Source: a virus. Taken from it: a stretch of DNA of 64,000 bases. Below, piece after piece: positions 38,573 through 46,526 of the stretch (its first letter is position 1; every line of letters begins with the position of its first letter). The notes under the pieces were generated by a model. It had not been told where the DNA came from and did no database searches. It saw only the letters and a list, made by a program, of their open reading frames with translations. The DNA lies in IMG/VR virus record IMGVR_UViG_3300030382_001297, positions 8,518 through 72,517 of that record; one strand, written 5' to 3'. The translations under genes were made by a program, and so were the position numbers.

Positions 38573-39070
38573 TTAATACCGCTGGCCTAAGAGCGCCACA
38601 TTAATGACTGAGCTTAGGCCTTGAGTATAAGGTTTAGGGGTGTAGGTCGTGAGAACCCACTCGCACTAACCACGGGATTACAACCGCGTGCCTCCGGAAG
38701 GCCTATAAATTTTGTGCTTCGCCATTCTTGTCAAGCGCCCCTATTTTTATACTGGGGTATTAATCCAGTCTTAAAACAAATATCAGAACGACAACGCTAA
38801 AGTATACGTCTTAGCGTCTGTGAACTTCCTACTCATTAATAAGTATAAGGTGTGAGGGAGGATTCAAGGTTAACCTCCAAAGACTACCGGCCCAAATACC
38901 TAAGTATTGTCCGCACTTACCACTCACCACCCTCTCACGCATTTGCGCATTGAGGCAGGTTTGTGTGCCTTACCCCCTTTGGGAAGGGGTTATTCAGCCA
39001 CTCACGATAACGGGATATCTCCCATTAATATAAGGTGTTGGGTCGGGATTCGGCCCCTGAAACCCAACAC
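38573..39070 (-). ncRNA. Hairpin-dense ORF-poor region; candidate structured RNA(s)
   Basis: About 10 stems in 500 nt, GC richer than flanks. Most wobble pairs favour the minus strand. Confidence 0.5.
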
Positions 39071-39109
39071 GGGATATTGTATTTTTAATTACAGTTTAAT
39101 TCTGTTTGC

Positions 39110-39193
39110 TTACTTTGACCATCGGCTTGACTTTGTCGAAGTTGGAATACGTCCAATCTTAAGCCAAAGCTTCTGAATTCGTGTTAGTTTCAT
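39110..39193 (-). CDS. 27-aa basic micro-peptide (not in ORF track)
   Basis: MKLTRIQKLWLKIGRIPTSTKSSRWSK with AGAGGTAAAA leader, downstream of a composite promoter. Confidence 0.5.
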   Translation of the reverse strand: MKLTRIQKLWLKIGRIPTSTKSSRWSK

Positions 39194-39228
39194 TGTTCTT
39201 TTACCTCTAACTTACTTGTAGCGAGAGA

Positions 39229-39304
39229 GTATTTAAAGCTTTGCCTCAAAATAGTATATAAGACACGAGGAGACTTATATAGTGCGTTTTGGGTTCCGCT
39301 CACT
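39229..39304 (-). promoter_or_regulatory. Composite promoter copy 3
   Basis: Boxes at 39229, 39254 and 39273, CCGCTCACT at 39296. Confidence 0.75.
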
Positions 39305-39656
39305 GTTTTTGAAAAAATTTGGACATGTCGATTTTAAAAATTAAATATAAAATCTTTGGCGTCCCAGCTTTCTGGTGCCTCTTGGTCTGATAGACCAATG
39401 GCATCCGCTACCTGTTGCTCTCTAATTGGACAGTTACCAAAATAAACCTCCATCGCTAAGGATAGGATGAAATCAGTCCAATTTAAATTATTGTGGTTGC
39501 TCATTCTTTACCTCGTATTATACTAAACAGTTCTGCTAATACGTCGTCGTAATATTCCACATCGTTAGGACTGCGGACGTTCCACGTATTAAGTTTACTA
39601 ATATCGTATCTTAAGGAGTCTATCGCTACCAATAGCTCTGTTGTAGTGAAAGCCAT

Positions 39657-39929
39657 TTAAGCACCTCTCTTATAAATTTCTTTGTTAGGATAGGCCACGA
39701 ATCTGGCCCCTACGCTATTAATAACGTCCCAAACTTCAGCGTCGTTAAGACTACCGTGTTTAGTTCCAAAAGAGTGGAGATTAACCCAGCCTATTGTGTG
39801 GCAATAGGTAGAGTTTGGCCCCTCCATTCGGGAACCCATTAGTTCCACCCAAAAATTGTGGATACTCATCAATCGACCATCCCAGTCGACGAAGCCAGTT
39901 TTATTTGTTGTATAAGTTGTTTTATTCAT
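39657..39929 (-). CDS. Hypothetical protein
   Basis: AGAGGTAAAAGAATG leader; own composite promoter. Confidence 0.65.
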   Translation of the reverse strand: MNKTTYTTNKTGFVDWDGRLMSIHNFWVELMGSRMEGPNSTYCHTIGWVNLHSFGTKHGSLNDAEVWDVINSVGARFVAYPNKEIYKRGA

Positions 39930-39961
39930 TCTTTTACCTCTATTATTACTGTAGCGAGAGA

Positions 39962-40037
39962 GTATTTAAGGGTTTGGGTCATTTTAGTATATAAGGCACG
40001 AGGGAGTATATATAGTGCGATATACGTCCCGCTAACG
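39962..40037 (-). promoter_or_regulatory. Composite promoter copy 4
   Basis: Boxes at 39962, 39987 and 40006, CCGCTAAC at 40029. Confidence 0.75.
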
Positions 40038-40060
40038 TTTTTTTAAAAATTTGCATGTCT

Positions 40061-40431
40061 GGGTATACCCCCCCTACCCCATGGGGGTATCTCTTCTAGA
40101 GAGGATAGCTATATATAGTGGGTATATAAGGGTGGGGGGTCATTTATATATAGGGGGTATATAAGACAAGTGCCACCCCCCCATGCATGTGTTGACATGT
40201 ACATGATTAGACATGTCCCGGTTTTGGGATTGGCTGATGATTAACATTATAATATTAAATAGAAAGTCTACTTAGTATTACCATTACTTCTGTTAAATAT
40301 TTTTGGTATTCGTCCATTACTTAGTGTCACCCCTTAGTTGTTTTTTTGATTTTTTTATTTGTTTATCGAGCATCTTTTCCAATTTTTCTAAAATTTCCAT
40401 TGGGTCTGCGGTGGGGTATACCCCCCCTACC
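40061..40431. repeat. 18-bp direct repeat GGGTATACCCCCCCTACC (40061-40078, 40414-40431) with GGGTAT and CATG clusters between
   Basis: Exact repeat read from the sequence. Confidence 0.65.
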
Positions 40432-40448
40432 TCTATTAAACGCATTGA

Positions 40449-40586
40449 TTACCTCTTATTCCAAGTGGAGTATCGGGTAGGTGTGTCCCTACGGCTGGTC
40501 TGCTTCCAGATTTGGGTTGCCACGATGCGAGCTATAAGGGCCCTGTTGTGGTTATCTACTTGCTGTTGTGTTGGTGTAGTTGTCAT
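40449..40586 (-). CDS. 45-aa micro-protein (true start at internal ATG 40586 of track ORF 40449..40790)
   Basis: AGAGGTAAAAGAAATG leader, with a composite promoter immediately upstream. Confidence 0.6.
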   Translation of the reverse strand: MTTTPTQQQVDNHNRALIARIVATQIWKQTSRRDTPTRYSTWNKR

Positions 40587-40619
40587 TTCTTTTACCTCTA
40601 TATTACTTATAGCAACCAA

Positions 40620-40695
40620 GTATATAAGGCTATCGCTGGTTTTAGTATATAAGGAAGGAGGAAGTATATATAGTGCAATATAGCGTCCGCTCACT
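40620..40695 (-). promoter_or_regulatory. Composite promoter copy 5
   Basis: Boxes at 40620, 40645 and 40664, CCGCTCACT at 40687. Confidence 0.75.
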
Positions 40696-40947
40696 ATTTT
40701 TATTATATTTTTATCTTGCTGCGCGGATGGCCCCCGGTCTAAAAAATCGCATGCCCACCTGTGCTTAACGTCGTGTAGGGGTACAAACAAATCGTCTGAA
40801 TTTTGAAAGTAGTAGTTCTACATAGTAAGAGCTATATAGATATATTATATAGAGTAAGCATTTCAGGACAGGCATTAGTGTCTATATGTCATGTTAACAG
40901 AAAGTTTTATATACTAATGTGGTCTTAGTAGTTTCAGTGAAAAAATT

Positions 40948-41370
40948 ATGACGAAAAAAACACGCAATAATATCAAGTGGACATGTAATGAAATACGTGA
41001 TTTACTATTAAGCAAGAATGAAGCTTATGGTGATTCAGCGTTAAGTCCAGAAAATATTTTTAGTAAGCTCGATTCAGCACAGGCCATCTGTGCACGTATC
41101 GATGATAAACTCAGTCGTATTGCGAACATTGGGCTCGATGATGCAACTGAAGATACTTTGGACGATTTGATAGGATATCTTATCCTGCTCAAAATCGCGA
41201 GGAGCGAAGCGGCAGCTAATGTGACTGTATTTACCACGTGTAATTGTGTACATGGGTGTACAGTATGTGGACCGACATGTGAATGCGTATGCAATGAAGA
41301 GGATGGATATGCTCCACCATGGAGCCACGAAGTTCCGAAGGAAGTGAGAGTATTTACGAGCAATGCTTAA
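40948..41370 (+). CDS. DUF1599/nucleotide-modification-associated-domain-like protein with Cys-rich tail
   Basis: 'KN.AYGDSA......F.......I..RIDDKL.RI.......EDTL.DLIGY.IL'; tail CNCVHGCTVCGPTCECVC. Confidence 0.65.
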   Translation: MTKKTRNNIKWTCNEIRDLLLSKNEAYGDSALSPENIFSKLDSAQAICARIDDKLSRIANIGLDDATEDTLDDLIGYLILLKIARSEAAANVTVFTTCNCVHGCTVCGPTCECVCNEEDGYAPPWSHEVPKEVRVFTSNA

Positions 41371-41402
41371 TGGAGCTTATAATCAAAAGTAGAGTTGATT
41401 AA

Positions 41403-42467
41403 ATGATAGAGATGAAAGACCTAATGGAGACTTCTCTGGTAGCACAGTTACTAGAGAAGGGAGGCAGAATTGAGCCTCTTATAGTAGAGAACAGTAAGTC
41501 AGATGGGTTGGGATTATGCAACCCGTCAATTTGGCATAAAGAAGGTACAACCAAGTACTTAGTTAATGTAAGGAAAGTTTCTTATTACTTACACCACTGT
41601 GAAGGAGAACAGAAGTATCAGACCCCTTGGGGCCCCCTGAATTATGTTCGCCCCGACGATGACCCTTATTTAAGAACAGATAATTTTATCTGTGACTTTA
41701 ATTTAAGGAATATGAAATTAACTAACCCCCGAAAGATAAACACTAACAAGTTTACCAAAGAACCTGAATGGGACTTTGTGGGACTAGAGGACGCTAGGAT
41801 TGTCGAGTGGGAAGGAAAGATGTACGTAACTGGCGTTCGGCGCTACGCGCCGGATGGAAAGGGAAGGATGGTATTGTCCGAAATTGATATTACACCAAAA
41901 GGTGTGAAGGAGATAGGACGTTATGTCATGTTACCCCCAGAAGGTGAAGAGAATTACTGTGAGAAGAATTGGATGCCTATATTAGATAAGCCGTTTCACT
42001 TCGTGAAATGGTCTAATCCTATAGAGGTTATTAAAGTGGATATAAATAAAAAGTGGAAGAACAACCCTAAGAAATATCGATGTCCAAGTAGTTACGTATT
42101 CAAAGGAGACCCTAAGAAGAAACTACCCTTCCAGTTAGACCCACGTGGTAGCTCTCAGGTAATACCTTATCATGGTTATTACATGGCTATCGTACACGAG
42201 TGTGATTACTGGCACAATGATAAGAACGATAGAGATTCACATTATTACCATAGATTTATGGTATGGGATAAAAAGTGGAACGTAGTGACTTATTCAGACC
42301 CATTCAAGTTTATGGATGGACGTATAGAGTTCTGTTGTGGAATGGCTGTGCACCCAGATGGAAATGACGTTTACGTTACCTTTGGGTTCCAAGATAATTC
42401 TGCATACAAACTACATATACCTGCTGAACACTTAAACACTATGTTGGAGTTCCCTAAGAAAGAATGA
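41403..42467 (+). CDS. Five-bladed beta-propeller glycosidase/phosphorylase-like protein (GH130/GH43-like)
   Basis: 'NPSI', 'GLEDARI', 'EKNWMP', 'RGSSQ', 'IEFCCG', 'TFGFQD'. Confidence 0.7.
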   Translation: MIEMKDLMETSLVAQLLEKGGRIEPLIVENSKSDGLGLCNPSIWHKEGTTKYLVNVRKVSYYLHHCEGEQKYQTPWGPLNYVRPDDDPYLRTDNFICDFNLRNMKLTNPRKINTNKFTKEPEWDFVGLEDARIVEWEGKMYVTGVRRYAPDGKGRMVLSEIDITPKGVKEIGRYVMLPPEGEENYCEKNWMPILDKPFHFVKWSNPIEVIKVDINKKWKNNPKKYRCPSSYVFKGDPKKKLPFQLDPRGSSQVIPYHGYYMAIVHECDYWHNDKNDRDSHYYHRFMVWDKKWNVVTYSDPFKFMDGRIEFCCGMAVHPDGNDVYVTFGFQDNSAYKLHIPAEHLNTMLEFPKKE

Positions 42468-44041
42468 AGAACGACTATTGGAGAACCACAGACTGGCCTA
42501 CGCTAGAAATAACAACATCTATACCTAAAGCAGGGTGTGTAGTTGATTGTGTCTTTTGCCCACAACGAGTTTTACAAAAGGTGTGGGATAGCGAACACTT
42601 CACTACAGAAAAAGCTAGAATCATGAGGTTAGAAGACTTCAAGATGGTAGTTGATAAATTACCTAAAGAAGTTAGAATAACCTTCTCTGGTTTTACTGAA
42701 CCTTGGTTAAACAAAGATTGTTCAACGATGGTGCAATATGCACATCTCAAGGGACACCCTGTATCTGTATTCACTACAGCCGTAGGTATGAGTCTTAAAG
42801 ATGTTAAAATGATTTCGCATATACCTTTCTGTGGAGGACCCAATGGTGGATTTACATTACATCTACCTGATAAAGAAAGACTGGCTAAACACCCAGTAAC
42901 TAAAACATATATTAAAGTAGTACAAGCGTTAAAGGACGCTGACATTACAAACTTCCAAACCATGTCAATGGGGGAAGTCCACGAAGAAGTGGAACATATA
43001 TATCCCGATAAGACAGTTAATAAATATGAAATGTGGCATCGAGCAGGTAACCTATTAGGTGAAGCTCAACTGAAGCCAGAAGTAAAAGAAGTATGGGATA
43101 GATTCAAATCTGTTTACCATGAAGGAGATAAAACATGTGGTTGTATAGAAGGTTTATATCATAACATACTATTACCTAATGGTGAAGTATCGCTATGTTG
43201 TATGGATTATAACCTAGAAGAAATAATAGGTAATTTGTATACACAAGAATATGATGATATAATGCCTAAACCACAAACATGCTATGACATGTGTAAAAGA
43301 TGTGAGAATGGAGTAGACCCCATAACTAGCAATTCTAGTATGGTTAAAGAGTATGGTGTCGCAGACGCATTGTCTTGCGACCACTTTATAGCACCTGATG
43401 AGATGGTACAGTATTTAGGCTTCGATATGAACCCTGATAAACGTGTACCTGAAGCAGACATCATACAAAGCATGAGGGAATATATAAACCCTAGTGGAAC
43501 ATTTGTAGATGTGGGTGCACATATAGGAACTTATACATGGTTATTAGGACCTTATGCTAAGGAGGTTTATGCCTTTGAGCCTACTCGTAGAATTTATAAT
43601 CATCTATGCGCTAATGTTTTATTAAAGAACCTTTCTGACAAAGTAGAAACTTATAATATAGGATTATCTGATACTAATGGTAAATTACCATTTTATGAGA
43701 GACAACCTGATGGAGGAACTAATGGTTTCACAGAAATTGGTTGGAAAGAAGATGATTCTTATATGCTGCCTGTTCTTAAAATGGATGAGTTTGATATAAA
43801 AGATATAAGTTTAATTAAGATAGATGTAGAGGGACACGAGCTTCAAGTTATCAAAGGAGCTTCTGAAACCCTTAAGAATAATAATTACCCTCCTATTCTC
43901 TTTGAAAGTTGGGAACCTACGAGGTCCCAAAGAGCAGGAGAACTTAGAACGGAGCTGTTTAATTATTTATATGAAATAGGATATACTGTCTGCCAGACAG
44001 AATCTCCTGAGATATTTTTAGCAAAGAAGGAAAAATTATGA
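42464..44041 (+). CDS. Radical SAM (SPASM/twitch-like) fused to FkbM-family methyltransferase
   Basis: CxxxCxxC (CVVDCVFC), 'GEVSLCCMD...IGNL...C..C..C'; C-terminal 'VDVGAHIG', 'AFEP', 'IKIDVEGHE'. Confidence 0.85.
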   Translation: MKNDYWRTTDWPTLEITTSIPKAGCVVDCVFCPQRVLQKVWDSEHFTTEKARIMRLEDFKMVVDKLPKEVRITFSGFTEPWLNKDCSTMVQYAHLKGHPVSVFTTAVGMSLKDVKMISHIPFCGGPNGGFTLHLPDKERLAKHPVTKTYIKVVQALKDADITNFQTMSMGEVHEEVEHIYPDKTVNKYEMWHRAGNLLGEAQLKPEVKEVWDRFKSVYHEGDKTCGCIEGLYHNILLPNGEVSLCCMDYNLEEIIGNLYTQEYDDIMPKPQTCYDMCKRCENGVDPITSNSSMVKEYGVADALSCDHFIAPDEMVQYLGFDMNPDKRVPEADIIQSMREYINPSGTFVDVGAHIGTYTWLLGPYAKEVYAFEPTRRIYNHLCANVLLKNLSDKVETYNIGLSDTNGKLPFYERQPDGGTNGFTEIGWKEDDSYMLPVLKMDEFDIKDISLIKIDVEGHELQVIKGASETLKNNNYPPILFESWEPTRSQRAGELRTELFNYLYEIGYTVCQTESPEIFLAKKEKL

Positions 44042-44706
44042 ACGAACTACAAGCAAAATTAGAACAATACATCGAAGCCCCTGATGTCCCCGAACATTCA
44101 TTTGAATGCGGGTGGGAGTATGAACTCATCGGGCAATACGCATCTGCCATGGGTTATTACCTTAAATGTGCAGAGTTAACAGATAACGACCTTTTAGCAT
44201 ATGAGTGCTTAATGCGCAAAGCTATATGCTTTAGAAGGTTGGGAGGAAGAGAACACCACGTACAGAACTGTTGTCAGATGGCAATATCACTGCTACCCGG
44301 AAGACCTGAAGCTTATCATTACTTAAGCCAGTCTTTGGAGTATTCGGCCCGTTGGGTAGAATCCCATATGGTGGCTAGAGCAGGTCAACGCTTAAACGCA
44401 GAACGTGACTCATTAATGTTTGATATAGATGGGATGGATTTAGATTATCCGGGCCCTTTCGCGTTACCTTTCCAAGAAGCAGTAGCTTTGTGGTGGATTG
44501 GGCGATTTAAAGAATGTATAGAAAAATTCAAAGAAGTACAGGAAATGGAGTTAGACGTAGCATATACAGGCCACGTTAAGTGGAATATTGATAATCTAGA
44601 AGGTAGAGACGCTGATGCTTTAGCAGGAATAAAAAAGCATAAAAAGAAGAGCATTACTAATAAAGATGACATAATAAAGAAAATGCTTACGGAGTCAAAG
44701 AAATGA
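44038..44706 (+). CDS. TPR-like helical repeat protein
   Basis: 'A.GYY.KCAE', 'AISLLPGRPEAY'. Confidence 0.65.
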   Translation: MNELQAKLEQYIEAPDVPEHSFECGWEYELIGQYASAMGYYLKCAELTDNDLLAYECLMRKAICFRRLGGREHHVQNCCQMAISLLPGRPEAYHYLSQSLEYSARWVESHMVARAGQRLNAERDSLMFDIDGMDLDYPGPFALPFQEAVALWWIGRFKECIEKFKEVQEMELDVAYTGHVKWNIDNLEGRDADALAGIKKHKKKSITNKDDIIKKMLTESKK

Positions 44707-45527
44707 AGGACAGTTCAAAATCCCCTGTAGTGATGCCCGGCCCTAAACCAGATGGGTGGATATCCACGGACGATTTTGAGCATATGAGGTCATTAGGTAT
44801 GAACGACCCAAAAGAATACGAAAGACTAAAAGGACTATCTACAGAAGAACTTATGGAAGAGTATGTTGAGGATATAAGACCCACAGATAACTACCTGTCG
44901 TATATAGTAGTGGATGACTTTTATAACGACCCAGATATTGTAAGGGAATATGCTTTGACACGTGATTATGTACCTCGTGGAGAACATGGGGCTGTAGGTC
45001 ATCGAACTCACGCAAAAAAGATATTCAAAGGAACTAAAGAAAAGTTTGAAACTCTAATTGGTGATAAGACCGTTAAAGGAACGGAGCTTGGTGGATGGGA
45101 CTATACTACTAATGGCGTCTTCCAACACTGTATGGCAGAGGACCCCTTCGTCATACACGCAGATACTCAACGTTGGGCAGCTCTGGTGTATCTTACTCCA
45201 GACCCTCCTCCTCAATGTGGAACCAATTTATATAGACATAAAGCTACAGGCAAGTTCTCAGTAGAGAATGATGGTGATTGGAATATGTTCGCAGGGAACT
45301 TTTATGATGAAACCCCTTTTGAATTAGTGGATAGAATAGGAAATAGATATAATAGAATGGTATTGTTCGATGCAAGGAATATACATGCAGCAGCACAATA
45401 TTTTGGAAATGATATAGATAATGATAGACTCTTCCAGATATTCTTTTTTAACACAAAGAATGCAGAAGGTATAAGAGTACATGGAATGGATATGAAGGAA
45501 ATGGAGAAGAACGCATATGGAAACTAA
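44703..45527 (+). CDS. 2OG-Fe(II) oxygenase (DUF6445-like)
   Basis: HxD 'IHAD', 'WAALVYLTP', 'NRMVLFD...H', 'RLFQIFFF'. Confidence 0.75.
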   Translation: MKDSSKSPVVMPGPKPDGWISTDDFEHMRSLGMNDPKEYERLKGLSTEELMEEYVEDIRPTDNYLSYIVVDDFYNDPDIVREYALTRDYVPRGEHGAVGHRTHAKKIFKGTKEKFETLIGDKTVKGTELGGWDYTTNGVFQHCMAEDPFVIHADTQRWAALVYLTPDPPPQCGTNLYRHKATGKFSVENDGDWNMFAGNFYDETPFELVDRIGNRYNRMVLFDARNIHAAAQYFGNDIDNDRLFQIFFFNTKNAEGIRVHGMDMKEMEKNAYGN

Positions 45528-46488
45528 ATGGACCGCAAGTCATATGAGGTTGAGCCCTAGTAAAATAAATACGTATATGAAATGCCCTAGGGAATTTTAT
45601 TATAAATATATAGCGAAGATACCTGAGAAGAAAACAATTCACTTGTTTCGTGGTACATTAGTACACAAAGTATTAGAGAACTTATTTAAAAATAAATTTA
45701 AAACCTTACCCCAATGGGAGAAGGGTGGACCCTCTGAATGGGTTCAAGAACAGTTTGAAACAGGCTGGGAAGAAAAGATAGGTAAACATAAATGGCTGTG
45801 GGAAATACACACCAAAGAAGAGATGGATGCTATGTATGTTGAGACTGAGGACTTATTACAGAATTTTGTTAAGTCCGTTGATAAAAAATTAACAGAAATG
45901 GTAAAATGGAAAATATTCAAAAATAAGTATCAAGCTTGGAATGCAGTAGCTCCTAAGTATGCTGAAAAATGGGTTAAGTCTTCAGAGTATGCTATAGTAG
46001 GAGTTGTTGACGTAGTATGTAATGATTTCGATGGTGGTACAACTTTGCTGGACTACAAGACCAGTAAGCGTTATGGTGCATACCTTCCAGAGGAATATTA
46101 TCGCCAATTAATTATCTATGCATTTTTGTATACATTAGAGATGGGTGAGATGCCTAATTTTGTAGGCGTTAATTATCTACGCTTTGATGATACATTCTTT
46201 GTTAAGGTTAATCAACAAGTGCTTGATGAAGCTAAAGATATAATCAAGATGGTACATGATTGCATAAAGGAACGTGAAGAATATGAGGACCGATATGAAC
46301 AAGTGCCTCAGAATCTCTGTAAGTGGTGTTCATTCAATAAAGAACACAACGGTGGGCCATGTGACGTGGTAATACCAAAGTGGGAACCTAAATACAAGAA
46401 AAAGAAGGAAAACTATGAAGATATCTCTAAGCAGTCCAAACTCCTCATTGAATTGGAAAACCAAGAACAGTTTCCTGAGTTTGATTAG
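45517..46488 (+). CDS. PD-(D/E)XK RecB/Cas4-like exonuclease
   Basis: 'SPS.IN.Y..CP', 'GT.VH..LE', 'GVVD', 'DYKTS', 'QL..YA', 'C.WC.....C'. Confidence 0.85.
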   Translation: METKWTASHMRLSPSKINTYMKCPREFYYKYIAKIPEKKTIHLFRGTLVHKVLENLFKNKFKTLPQWEKGGPSEWVQEQFETGWEEKIGKHKWLWEIHTKEEMDAMYVETEDLLQNFVKSVDKKLTEMVKWKIFKNKYQAWNAVAPKYAEKWVKSSEYAIVGVVDVVCNDFDGGTTLLDYKTSKRYGAYLPEEYYRQLIIYAFLYTLEMGEMPNFVGVNYLRFDDTFFVKVNQQVLDEAKDIIKMVHDCIKEREEYEDRYEQVPQNLCKWCSFNKEHNGGPCDVVIPKWEPKYKKKKENYEDISKQSKLLIELENQEQFPEFD

Positions 46489-46526
46489 GGCAATCTTTAT
46501 ATACTTGCGCGGTGTAGAAAATATCT

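Noticed and set aside
38690-38704. CC-GGAA-GG as SRP RNA helix 8
   Set aside because: The flanking CAGG and AGCA internal-loop bases of SRP are missing.
38850-39070. Canonical tRNA genes
   Set aside because: Only T-arm-like hairpins are present; I could not build a full cloverleaf with D and anticodon arms.
38907-39176. 89-aa + strand ORF (also 36555..36740, 37779..38186, 40303..40683)
   Set aside because: TTG starts without an RBS, opposite to the local promoters or lying over structured DNA; probably spurious.
35906-40695. Composite repeats as insertion-sequence ends or integron attC sites
   Set aside because: No transposase or integrase is recognisable in the window, there are no target duplications, and each copy sits at promoter distance from a start codon.
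40587-40790. N-terminal extension of track ORF 40449..40790
   Set aside because: It runs through the composite promoter; the RBS points to ATG 40586.
45517-46488. Cas4-like gene as part of a CRISPR-Cas system
   Set aside because: No repeat-spacer array or other cas genes are visible; solo Cas4-like nucleases are common in archaeal viruses.
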